Source: Phoronis australis
Taxonomy: Eukaryota > Animalia > Phoronida
Reading direction: 5' to 3'
Assembly (NCBI GenBank): GCA_002633005.1
Contig: NMRA01000003.1
Coordinates: 2,504,916-2,568,915, forward strand
DNA: 64,000 nt
A model generated the notes under the pieces. That model was given only the letters and a program-made list of their open reading frames with translations. It did no database searches and was not told the DNA's origin. This document shows positions 40,901 through 51,722 of this stretch, piece by piece (the first letter of the stretch is position 1; the number at the start of each line of letters is the position of its first letter). Both the position numbers and the translations under genes were made by a program.

Positions 40901-43900
40901 TTATGTATAATATGTGCACACAACATTTTCAAGATCCGAGGCAATGTGTGATCTGGCTCAAAGTGTACTGCAGTACGTCTCGAGTCTGCTCATAACATGA
41001 CAACATAGCAGTGTTGTTACTCTGTCTTCCTTTACCGTGTTCACTAGACAGTGTTCATAAGGAGTGAAATTACCATGTACATGCAGTTAGCAGTAAGACA
41101 GACTGAAGTACATTTACTTGAATTTTCACTTATTGTGATATAAAGGTATGTGATAGTGCATCACACACTTCAGTCTTTGAATTTTCAGTCCCTTCTATTG
41201 TTCAGTTTGCGATTCATTTACTTCAGTCTCCGAAAGACTCCAGCTTAGCTTGTGAAGCAGCATCAAGACAATCCTTTCTACTTGTTTCTGTTGGCAATCT
41301 CATTTCCTTTTTTACGGTAATATTGAGATGACAAGCCCAGAATGATAGCCATAATCTTCACACGGTGACTATTGAATGAAGGGTGACATGCCCTGTAAAG
41401 CCCGTGAGGTGGAACTCAACCAACTGTTCTATGATTTCAGGGTTGTTGCAGTCCTAAGTCCTGCCTATCTGCAGTCTGCTGAATGTCTTGAACAGTTCAA
41501 CATTGCCCTGTGTTGCGATCGGAAGACAAGACGTGAAATGTTGGCCCCATTTTATATAGAGACGATACCAGCTTTACCAACCTACATGTGTATGGTGCAG
41601 TACATTGATGTCAGGTATGTGTTGACCTATTAACACCATCCCTGTCCTACCGACCTACTTGTGTATGGTGCAGTACATTGATGTCAGGTAAATCTTAACT
41701 TCATCGAGAGAGAGTGTGTCTTAATCTTCATCAACCACTTCCTTGTAATGATATCTTATCCAAACAGCTGACATTGCCTACAAATTAAATTAATAAATAA
41801 AAATTTTTATCAAAAGAAGTTGTGTTATTTTTTACTAAAGTTTGTAAATAAGTTAAATAATATGTTTATCGCTGCATCTTGGCTGTTTTTTTTCAGGATC
41901 GGCGAGACATCAGAACCACTTTATGTGGGTTGTAAAATCTTCATTGAACAAGTGGTGAACGTAGCTGAAGAATCCAACAAGAATACTGCAGCCAACACTA
42001 ATAATATCCAGTATGATGTATTCATATCATACTGTCACAGAAACACGGAGTATGCTAACCAGCTGGTCACAATGCTACAGCGTCTCAATCCTGAATTAAG
42101 GATTTTCTTTGACAGAAATGAGCTTGCTTTAGGTAAAACATTTTGATGTTGAGTGGTTTTTTATGTTTCACTTCTTTTTTCTGTCTCAGAAAGTGAGCAA
42201 TTTTGATGAAATCTGAACTTTGGTTTAAATATGATAATACAGTGGAGCCCACTTTATGTCATACCTGATTATTGAATATCCCAGTTGTTGTCAGGAAATG
42301 TCAAAAAACAAATCATTTCTCATTAAATCCATGTACGATATCCTGCATAATCTCATGAATTATTGTCATATTCCCAGATATTGTTAAAAAATCAGCAAAA
42401 CTGATTCTCACTGGTGAACCTAATTTATCTTCTTGTGGGAATTTGGTGCCAAAGAAATTTTGCTTCCTGTTTAGCTCTCTTGCACTCGGACTGTCAACAT
42501 TGCATGATCAGCGTTTAAGAATGGTTACAATCACCGCCAAGTCGGAACCTGCTTAATGCAGTATCCTACGTATCATATTTTGCATTGAAACGGAGGATAT
42601 GACATGAACGGGGGTCAACTGTACTTACAACCCACCATCTTCAACATACGCCCTCTCCTGCTCCTGTCGAGATCAACAAATTTCACACCAGAGGCTGTTG
42701 CAGTTGTCAAATTCATAAAAACGTACAACACCCAACTGGGGCTTCTTAGTAGTGGAACTAGGGAAGCAATCATTAACAACCTACCATGTGTTCTTCCAGT
42801 GAATGCAGTCTGTGTCTTCATTTGGTAGTGTAGTTACTCTTACTGTTGTTTAACCATTGTTCAGATTATTTTGTATCTTAGTTAAACAAACCCGTCTTCT
42901 GTTCTTCCAGTCAATGGTAATGTATGTCTTTATGTGCCTTGTGGTATTATTGCTGTCCTTGATGAACCATTGTTCAGATTATTTTGTGTTTAGTTAAACA
43001 ACCTACCATGTGTTCTTGCAGTGAAGGGTGTTGTTTGTCGTTATGTGCCTTGGACTTGTTACTGTCACTATTGTTTAACCATTGTTCAGATTATTTTGTA
43101 TCTTGTTTAACAAACCTACCTTGTGTTTTTGGTGGAAAGTGCAGATTCTATTCTTGTTTCTTTCTCATTCAATGTTAGTTACAATAATGGTCATTATAAA
43201 TGCCAATATCTTTCCAGCCAGCAGCTGTCAGTGAAGTACTTATATTTAGAAACTAGGCCTATTTCACAACACTTTAAAAGAACCGCCACTGCGTCACCAA
43301 CTCTCCAACACTGATCTAAGCTCCTTTTGTGTAGAAGAGAGCAATTACTGCATGTAAAGAATTGTACGATGACACTTGGCTTACCTCAAAATCCAACTGC
43401 TGCCTGGTGGTTTGCCCAGTTATGTTGCACACGCAGCAGAATTAATGAGGAGTAACTTTTAACAAACGTTCAAGGTTGTGAAAGTCACATTTCTTGTCCA
43501 ATTTCCAAAATTCAAAAACCTTATCATGTGTGCTTTTCACCAACTATTCAAATATGTTATTTACAAACTTTCAAAATGAAAATTCAAAAATACTGTTGTC
43601 GCCCCCAATGTGTTTGTGTCTCATTTTCTAGAGAACAATAACATCAGCAGCCTGAGGCGATTTAATTAAGCACAACAAGATGGTGTCTTTGATCTAAACT
43701 GGCACATTCTGAGGTGCGCAAACTGGCCGAGTTGCCTAATCTCGATCGGTTAGGGTGTTGACATAGGATTCTTTTCATTCATGTCCACTACTAATGACTT
43801 CACTGCTATAAAACACTGGTTGAAATAAACTGCAATATTGTGGACTGGCACTGATGAGTTTTTCAAACTGTTTGGCCTTTGAAATTGAATTATTAAAAGT

Positions 43901-46900
43901 TAAGTTAAAGGATCATTCAAGTTGTTCCCTGAAGAAACACATTGGAAATTACCCAAAACGATGTTATTGATTTTGGCTTGTTAACAAGACTTATTGTGTT
44001 TTCAGTCATACATTTAATAACTCTTTCAGGCCTGGTAGATAATTAGCGGGTGAGTCATTATCATGATGTCAGACAAAAGACTTTGGAAATGGACTATATT
44101 GAAAACTGCTGTCTTCTGGAATTGACCTCAAATGATAGTTCTACGGTCCGTAATAAGTAATTACAGGACACAAAGTACCATTTGCACTTGATCTCATTTT
44201 CATCTATTCACTAGGCAACACTTGGCAGAAGGCTCTGTACTCGGCTGTGGGGGGTGCGCGCTGTATGTTAGCACTCCTCTCTCAGGATTACCTGAAGTCT
44301 CAAGTCTGTGCTGAGGAATACAACCTTGCCTTGGCCAAATACATCTGTTGGGTATGTCTTCCTAACTTTTTGTTTTCAATGGGAATACTGACAGTAACAT
44401 ACAACTGTCTGAATATTTCCAAGTAGAAAGATTGCAGTGCAGGGTTAGGAAGATTGGAGGGAATTCTAGCTCAGGCAACTTTTAAAAGTAGGCTGAGATC
44501 TTAGTGAACAGATTTCCAAATACCGGATCACAGTCTAGTCATTAATATGTTGATATTATAAGTTCTCTATTGAAGGTCATATTTTTGTGGGCGATAACTT
44601 ATGAACTACATAGAGTGGTGCATGTATCCAAAATTTAGATTGCCTAGTTTCTGTGATTCCAAAGGATTTCATCTAATCCTGTATTTCTTTGATATTTAAA
44701 TTGTTAGCACACATTCCTGTAGCACATTGGGCTTTTTGCACTGTCATGATTTTAGTTTTGTCCAGCAGAATGAACAAAAGGTTCGTTCGAAGATCCAGAA
44801 TTATCGTAATCACTCAAGTTACTGTCCATGCTCTCCATACAGCTCTCCAAATTTCCACTTTTAAAATTGGGCTATAGTTCGACCTTCCATCACAAAAGCT
44901 AATTATGATTTACAACATTTATCATAGTTATGAAATTGGTCTCAAGTTGTTCCACAGTTAGTTGAATGTAAAGTCTCTGATATCAGGGCTTTGAATATAC
45001 TGACAGTTCATGCCTGTGCAAAAATGGTGAAAATCTTTCACGCGAGCGGCTCATTCTGTACATAATGTTTGCATTAGAAAATGTTACTAATATATGCTAC
45101 GTAATATGACTGAACTACTGTGCTCAATCACTCCATTCTCTTAAACGAAGCCATTTGCTACACTGTCTACAATCTTCTGGTGTTTTATTTGACCCGTGCG
45201 CATGAAATCTGACGGAGATGTAGCTCCCTTGGTATTGACCGTATCAACATTTTGGGTAACTACCCCTGACTTCTTAAAATAATGTTTTGTTTCGATTAAG
45301 CACCCATGCGAGGTTAATGCCTACCCTCTGATTTTTTAATTCCCTGATTTAAGCGCATTGGGCAGTAAGTTGGATTTGTACAGTCTGTAATACATGTATG
45401 TCAGTTTCATATGTTTTTATGTTTACCGTGTCCGATGTCTAGTGTTGGACATTTGCTCTGTGGATTTAACTCAAATCACATGGTTTATGGTTTATTCCAT
45501 GAGTTGAAGTGCTATAAACTCAAGACTATGAGGCAACTCCAACGCTAACATTTGGGGTATAGTTACCCCAACACCTAAGCTAGCATAAGCCAGACTGTGA
45601 CTAAGTTGCAGTGATCGATACCTAAATTAATAAGCGTGGCATTAGCCATGCAACTGAAAAAATTCTATTCACTAATTTTTCTTATAATACCTCGATTTAA
45701 AAAATTCGATGACGACTAACACATTTTACTTTTTAATTTTGAAAGCAGTCATGTTGGTCGTTTACCTGACATACTGTTTGTTGTTTTTTTTACCTTGAAA
45801 TTAGTATGCTAAACTGGTGCGTTGGTTAAGACCGGAATTATCTCAATCGCTACACATGCAGCCAAGCCCATGAATAGCAACTAGCTTACTTCAACAATCC
45901 GTGACGGCACCATCAAGCCTTTGAGGGTATGAGTAATTCGCTGGCAACTCTGAGGTGAACAGTGCAAACTGGTCCACTTGCGTGTAAATCCTGTTAGCGT
46001 AACATGAGATTTACTTAATGCAACTCGTTAAATTTTCTACAAAACATGATTGAATGAAGCAGTATTACCAAAGTAATTGTTGTGTTTTACTCAGACTGCT
46101 TTTCTGTAGTTGGCACATCATGATCTTTCCAAAATTAATTAACAAATTTCTTGTTTCAGGAGAAGAGCGGAGATGATGGTGAATTTTATTTGATTCCAAT
46201 AGCTATTGAAAGTTTGGCTGAAGTTCCCTACACACTGTTACAAGCATATGTAATAGATGGGAGGCAAGATTTCACAAGAGTTATCACCAGAGTGGCAGCT
46301 GCTGTGAATGGATACGTGACTCATGACAGACTGTCGGATATCGTACTAGTTGACCCTAAAGTAAGGACTAGACGTGTTACCTTGAACAACAGGTCTTGGA
46401 ATTTTTTAAGTCTTCTGTTCATGAGGTAACAGAAGTGTGCAATGGATTTTTTGTGTTTTTTGTCAAATGTATACATTTTAAACATTCCTGCTTCAGTAGC
46501 TATAAAACACAATGTAAATCATGTATCAAACACAATGTAAATCATGTATCAAACACAATGTAAATCATGTATCAAACACAATGTAAATCATGTATCAAAC
46601 ACAATGTAAATCATGTATCAAACACAATGTAAATCATGTATCAAACACAATGTAAATCATGTATCAAACACAATGTGTATCATGGATCAAACAAGACAAT
46701 TGTCAGGGGGTACTAACAGTGCTTTGTCTTGTGCTTGTTTCAGACTCCACTTTGTCTATCGCATGTCATGGAAGAACACAGGAAAAAGTTGTTCTTGGCA
46801 AAGTTGAATGAAATGAATGTTCCAACACCTACATTCCTGGGAGAGCAGTCATATACAGTGGGCCTCAGTTATCATGCTGCCTTGAATCAGTTACATGCGG

Positions 46901-49135
46901 AATATTTGGACAGACTTCTAGTTGCCATGGCACCAACCGTTCGCACTACATTTAACATCAAGAATGAACACGAGTTAGTGACTGCCCTGGAGAAATGTGA
47001 CCTGACTGTCACGCTCCTTTCTCATCCATTTACAATCACCAGGAAGACAACGGATGAGTTCCATCATGCCGTCGGTCGTCATCGCAGTTCACAAACCGGG
47101 CCCGTTCTCTACCCCATCATCATGGATACTCATCTTCTGTTCAATCCGTTGTTCTTTCACCTTGTTCCTTGTGCAGTGTGCTGCGCTGACCAATTATGGA
47201 AAAATGGCGACTGTGTAAAGCATTGGAAAGCCCAACTCAAAAGGCTTTGTTTGGAGCCTGAGTGTAAGACAATGCTGGCTAACATCGCGAATAGACTTCA
47301 GCCCCATGAAGTGCTGGCTCTGAACTTTGCATGCTGGGATATTATAAACATTCTGAAAGAGAAAAGGTATGATTATTTTAGTCATTTCAAGTAATTTAAA
47401 AGTCAACCATCTGTCAAAAAATTGATCTTGTACATGTGTTGTGAATTTGTGATTAGAAAAGCAACGATACGTCTCCTGAAGTGGTTCAGTAGCTGGTTAT
47501 GTAGGACTTTATTGGCATGTCAGGGTATTTAGCCAAATATATACAAAGTTATAGATTTTAAATTAGAAAAAATATATTTTCTGAAAGTAGGAAGCCTGTA
47601 GAATTTTGTTTTTAACATTTGACCGTGGCATGTCTTTTTAGTAAACTTTTAATTAGCAAAAAAGACTGGTACACGGATAGCAACACAGTGATATCAATAA
47701 CATGATTAAATTCTATTTGATACAACTCTTCAAGGTGAGATCATAAAAACACTGTAACAGTTACAATTTTCTATAATATCATTTCGTTTTCGTATTTCCA
47801 ACTTTATTTTTTTCGTGAAAATCATAAAAGTCCCATTTTTGATAGCGCCGTGTGCAAAAGGGGAACATTTTAAGAACAAATTCTTGCAGCGTTTCAGAGA
47901 ACAGCGCATCAAAACATCTGAAAGTTTCATATGATTCCAGTTAGTTGCTTCTGAGATATGATGTTGTGAAGTTAGCCAAATTTTGCCATTTATCCAGGGT
48001 CCTATGCAACCTTACAACAAATTGATTTTTGATTGTCAGTTTGCAAGTTATCTTGACGCGAGAATGTTACACAACACTATCTCTAACTTGGTCTTTGTTC
48101 TTTTGTTGTTGCCTGTATTTATCAGTCCCTTTTGTTTTTTCATGTGTCACATGTACCTGTGAGAACATTTCAAAATTTCCAGTTTGATTTCTGTTTTGTT
48201 ACCTGATTTCATTCTTGATTTATGCACTTCCAGTGAGAAAAGTGAGCAGAGGCAAAACATCGTGCTTCAAGACATCCTGAGAATTAATCTGGAAAACAAT
48301 GATTGCGAAAGTCCCCAGTATGTACTGCCAGATGACAAGGTCAGTTGAATAACCAGCATTCACCACTACTCTGTGGTTTCCGATTTACTAAGACTGGTGT
48401 GGGCATACGCGTACACGTGTGCGGGTGTGTGCGCGCCTGTGGAAGCATTTAATTCATGGAACATTTTGAACAATGTTCATTAAGAAGGTCGTAATTGAAT
48501 TTGAAAATTGTATGTGAAAATCCCTTTTGGAACCAAAGAACCGTACCTTGATGTCGTAAGGGTGCAGCCATTTCGATTCACCACCGGGTGCGCCCTCTGT
48601 CGTAGAGTAAAACCATGAAAACAGAGCTGGGGATTCCCTTATGTCTGGGGGAATCCCGTAACATATCCGTGAATACATCGTAGTAGGTAGATCAAGTCCA
48701 GGATCTGTTTTATGACAGTATTTTCATCTCCTAAATGGAACCCAGTGATTTACATAGTGTCATAATTGAATTTATTTGTGATAAGGTCTTATTTTGAGAG
48801 TTCTTTAGTTTGTGACAAATCTAATTTTCCCTGTCAGTGAGTTTGTTAGGCAGCTTCAAGTATTTGTCAAGGAATCTTAAGGTTCCTTTACTTTTCAGTT
48901 CTACAAGAAACTTGTGTTTAGTGAAGGTGACATTTTGGAACAAATGGAGTCTTTGGAAGTTGTAAGTTCAGAACCAGGACAAGATGAGAGTCAGGGAGGA
49001 GGGTCAGAAGTTCCATGTGAGAAGACAGCAGCGGAATCTGATGCTAAAGCGACGGAAGCACAGCAAAGTGAGAGAAGAAATGGATGGGAAGTGTTGAAAA
49101 AGCGTAAGAAGTCACAGGCATGTCTCATTATATAA
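31996..49135 (+). CDS. Gene B: macro-like domain + three tandem TIR (TIR_2-type) domains + polybasic-CaaX tail, ~836 aa, 12 coding exons
   Basis: Exons: 31996-32134, 33969-34122, 34448-34589, 37718-37894, 40331-40515, 41441-41614, 41897-42132, 44215-44351, 46160-46360, 46744-47366, 48234-48339, 48899-49135; all GT-AG, phases consistent, 2511 nt. Motifs: EIQLLFGDITKL..VDVIMVSAFPGDY..TPLLAAGDQGF (macro); YDVYLSY..SPAYLQSAECLEQ; YDVFISYCH..SQDYLKSQVCAEE; VGLSY..SHPFTITRKTTDE; C-terminus KKRKKSQACLII*. Confidence 0.88.
33236..33492. repeat. 52-bp minisatellite, 5 copies, intron 1 of gene B
   Basis: Unit acataccattgtaatggtgcgtaagcatggcacaaatcaagatgctatgcaa. Confidence 0.92.
34614..34708. repeat. 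Small palindromic element (~95 bp); partial second copy at ~38215-38295
   Basis: tctgatataacgtgcccgtattttgagaaccggttt ... aaactggttctcaaaattcgggcacattatatctga are imperfect reverse complements. Confidence 0.7.
35830..37613 (+). mobile_element. Non-autonomous Helentron/DINE-1-like (HINE) element with internal ~440-bp tandem repeats, in intron 3 of gene B
   Basis: T-rich 5' end with stem-loop (cacatat..atatgtg), (GTCC)n microsatellite, ~4 internal repeats (ggatc..gtgtgcccc.tagtggcaatt at ~36030, 36478, 36914, 37359), subterminal tgtgggca, 3' end gcattgctcttgtt; inverted full-length relative at 59596-61190. Confidence 0.75.
38306..38568. mobile_element. MITE family 2, copy 2 (inverted relative to 26448-26706)
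   Basis: aattgtcatgag...ttgactgggacc.caggggtctcac.ctccactg...ctctcacgacgatt. Confidence 0.7.
40630..40795 (-). mobile_element. Degenerate tRNA-derived SINE
   Basis: Minus strand gtggctgagtggtctgag (A-box) ...cgggtttgaatac (B-box-like). Confidence 0.5.
41580..41693 (+). repeat. 73-bp duplication of the exon 6 end plus donor in gene B, near-identical to gene A 13297-13410
   Basis: Donors at 41615 and 41688; 3 mismatches in 114 nt versus gene A by manual comparison. Confidence 0.9.
42770..43135. repeat. ~113-bp degenerate tandem repeat, 3 copies
   Basis: aaccattgttcagattattttgt at 42852, 42965 and 43078. Confidence 0.75.
46505..46690. repeat. 23-bp minisatellite, ~8 copies, just upstream of exon 10 of gene B
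   Basis: Unit aaacacaatgtaaatcatgtatc. Confidence 0.92.
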
Positions 49136-51722
49136 AGCCATGATAGTTCCTGTATCATTCCTTCTTTGTATAACCAATGCACTGCAGACATATTCACTTC
49201 ATTATACGGGTTTGTAAATATCCATGTGTGTATCAGTGACACGTCCACAAATGTGTAATTTAAACAAGAAGCACAAATGTGTTGTTTAAACTCTACTGCA
49301 ATGTTTAAGTGTTCAACTGCTTTGTCCTAAAGGTGGAGACACCTGTACAAGCGTGGTATATTTCTTTCTATTCTTTGTACAGTTGGAGATTTTGTAAACA
49401 CAAAAGAATCGTAAAAGTGATTTATAGTGATTTATTGAAAGATCGGCTATTAAAGTCTAAGTCATGATAAATGTCAAAATTCCTGTGTCAGCAAATTTGT
49501 TTTGCAAACATGTTTTATGCTGAATGTTGTATACTTATTGTATGACTTATTTAAAATGGTGTTTTTCATTTGTGTTGTGCGCGTTGTTTGTAACTATATT
49601 TCCTTTGTATTGCTAGGGGAGCCTAATGTGGTAAGATTTGACCAGATGTGGTTTTATGTTACTGGCATATTTTAACTTGGTGCACAACTACGTGAAACGT
49701 AGGTTTAATCTCATTTGCTTGTAATGATTTGGTATTTACTGTAGTCATAAAATTCTTATTATATTGTACTGAAATTATATATTGTAACATATCATTCATA
49801 GTATACAAGCAGGTTTTTTCGAATGACATTCTTGTGTCTGTGTCTAAGTGCGGAATACCGATGAGCAACATGATCAAAGCCAAAGTTGCGAAGTATTTGA
49901 ATGTTATTGAACAAGTTGAGTGATTAAATATTGCGGAATTTATTACTAAATATACATTAAACAAGAGGGGCATTTAGTTTTAATTTTGACATGATTATAA
50001 AGACAATCACGATACTCATAAAAAGTTGTGACAAGTACAAACTACTGACTGCAATGACCCAGTGATATGTTGATAAGAGGCTCCGATGGGGGGTTAGTAA
50101 GCTGTTCAAATCATCTGGTGCCCAGGATTAGACAAATATTTTCCACACTTGGGAGCAGAACTCTACAGAGTACATACACCAGTACGAAATGTCAAGGATA
50201 CCAGACCAGTGTTTGTCTTGGCAAAATAGGAAATTTTACCTGTGAAAAATCACAATTGAGGTGAAGCCCTGAAGCCTAAAACAAAACCAAGAAAGAGCTC
50301 TTCAGATTATCAGTCATTATAATACAATTATTCAGTTAATGTATTGATTTGGGTAAATACCGAAGGACTAAATGCCAAGATACAATGGTTCACTTCATAT
50401 CTGGAGACCATGTGTTCGCAGTAGGAAGCATAAAAGACCCTGCTCAATTTAACCTACATTCTTAACACACTTCCACTTCTAAGGCCAGGAGTGAATATTT
50501 CGATGGACTTAAAAATGCACATGTTAAATACTGCTATACACTATGTTCTGGTGTAAATACATCAATTTTCTTCACAGCCGTATTTGCTATTCCAATAAGG
50601 TTCTTATCCTTAGTTTGATTGAAATTGATAACACTAAATCGCATTTAATTCCTGACGGACATACCACCTTGGTACCCAAAACCACCCTGCTGCGACGATA
50701 ACTAAATGAGCCTGATTTGATGCAAATGACTAAGTACTTCGTAAGTACAGAACTTACTTCTCATAAGGAATAAAATTAGCAATGTATTAATTTGATTTGA
50801 GCTTCCTCTCGTCATCACAGTTCTTCAACCCTGATCTGGAGGAAAAAGCCCAAAAGCATCTTTCCCGTATTCTAATCTGAGAGTTCAACATGCTAGTCTA
50901 ACCTGCATCCTTTTATTTGGTCTTTTATGACTAGAAAATGCAATGAAGCAGGTCATTGTAGTTTTGCCTATGCTGGCACAATGTAATAAGTAAGACCAAA
51001 GTTAATTAGATTTTTGCATAGAGACTTCCTAGTATCTCATGATTTCTGGAGAAAGATTTCCATTAATCTCACCCCAACATAGTGAGGGGTGCAAAATAAT
51101 GCAAAAAACACCCTAGAGTATACAAAACATGAGTATTTACACGACAAATACAGGGGAAATCTTGGACAAAAACTGGACATTGAAATTCTTCCCGCATTAA
51201 ATTTATTTTGATTAGCATTTGGCTTTCCCCTAACCAATAATTAGTACAGTCAGGTGATTAGTGATATCAAAAGCAACAACGAAATGATCACAGAGAAACA
51301 CCTATAACCTACACTGAAAAAACACACAATTACAAAACATTTGAAATTTTAAGCCTATAAACTGAAGCTACTAGAGAGTAAATTGTTGCTTTCTGTATAA
51401 CAGATTGATTACAGAATGTTATTTTCTTGATTTTGACAACATCAACAAAATGGAAACTGCAGCAAATTTGTCAACTATTCACAACCATTACACAGGCAGA
51501 CATTGACAAACAAATGGATTACACAACAATTTCAAACATAGATACTGACCCTGTTAATATCACCATGTAATTTATTCCTATTTGTTGTTCATATGGCCAC
51601 ATCGTGTCCTACCATGTACACAGTTATAGCATAAAAGTATGTCTAGTACATTACTCCTCATTAGATTTATTCTCAAGAGATAGCAAGCCCAAACACTGCA
51701 AGTAGCAAACACCCAGTCAACT

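Noticed and set aside
6603-49135. Bacterial contamination as the source of the macro-TIR genes
   Set aside because: Both have 11 spliceosomal introns filled with host repeats and sit between UNC45 and MCU. Ancient horizontal transfer cannot be judged without a phylogeny.
31996-49135. Annotation as TLR, MyD88, SARM1 or macro-PARP
   Set aside because: No LRR, TM, death, ARM/SAM or PARP catalytic domain is evident in the spliced product.
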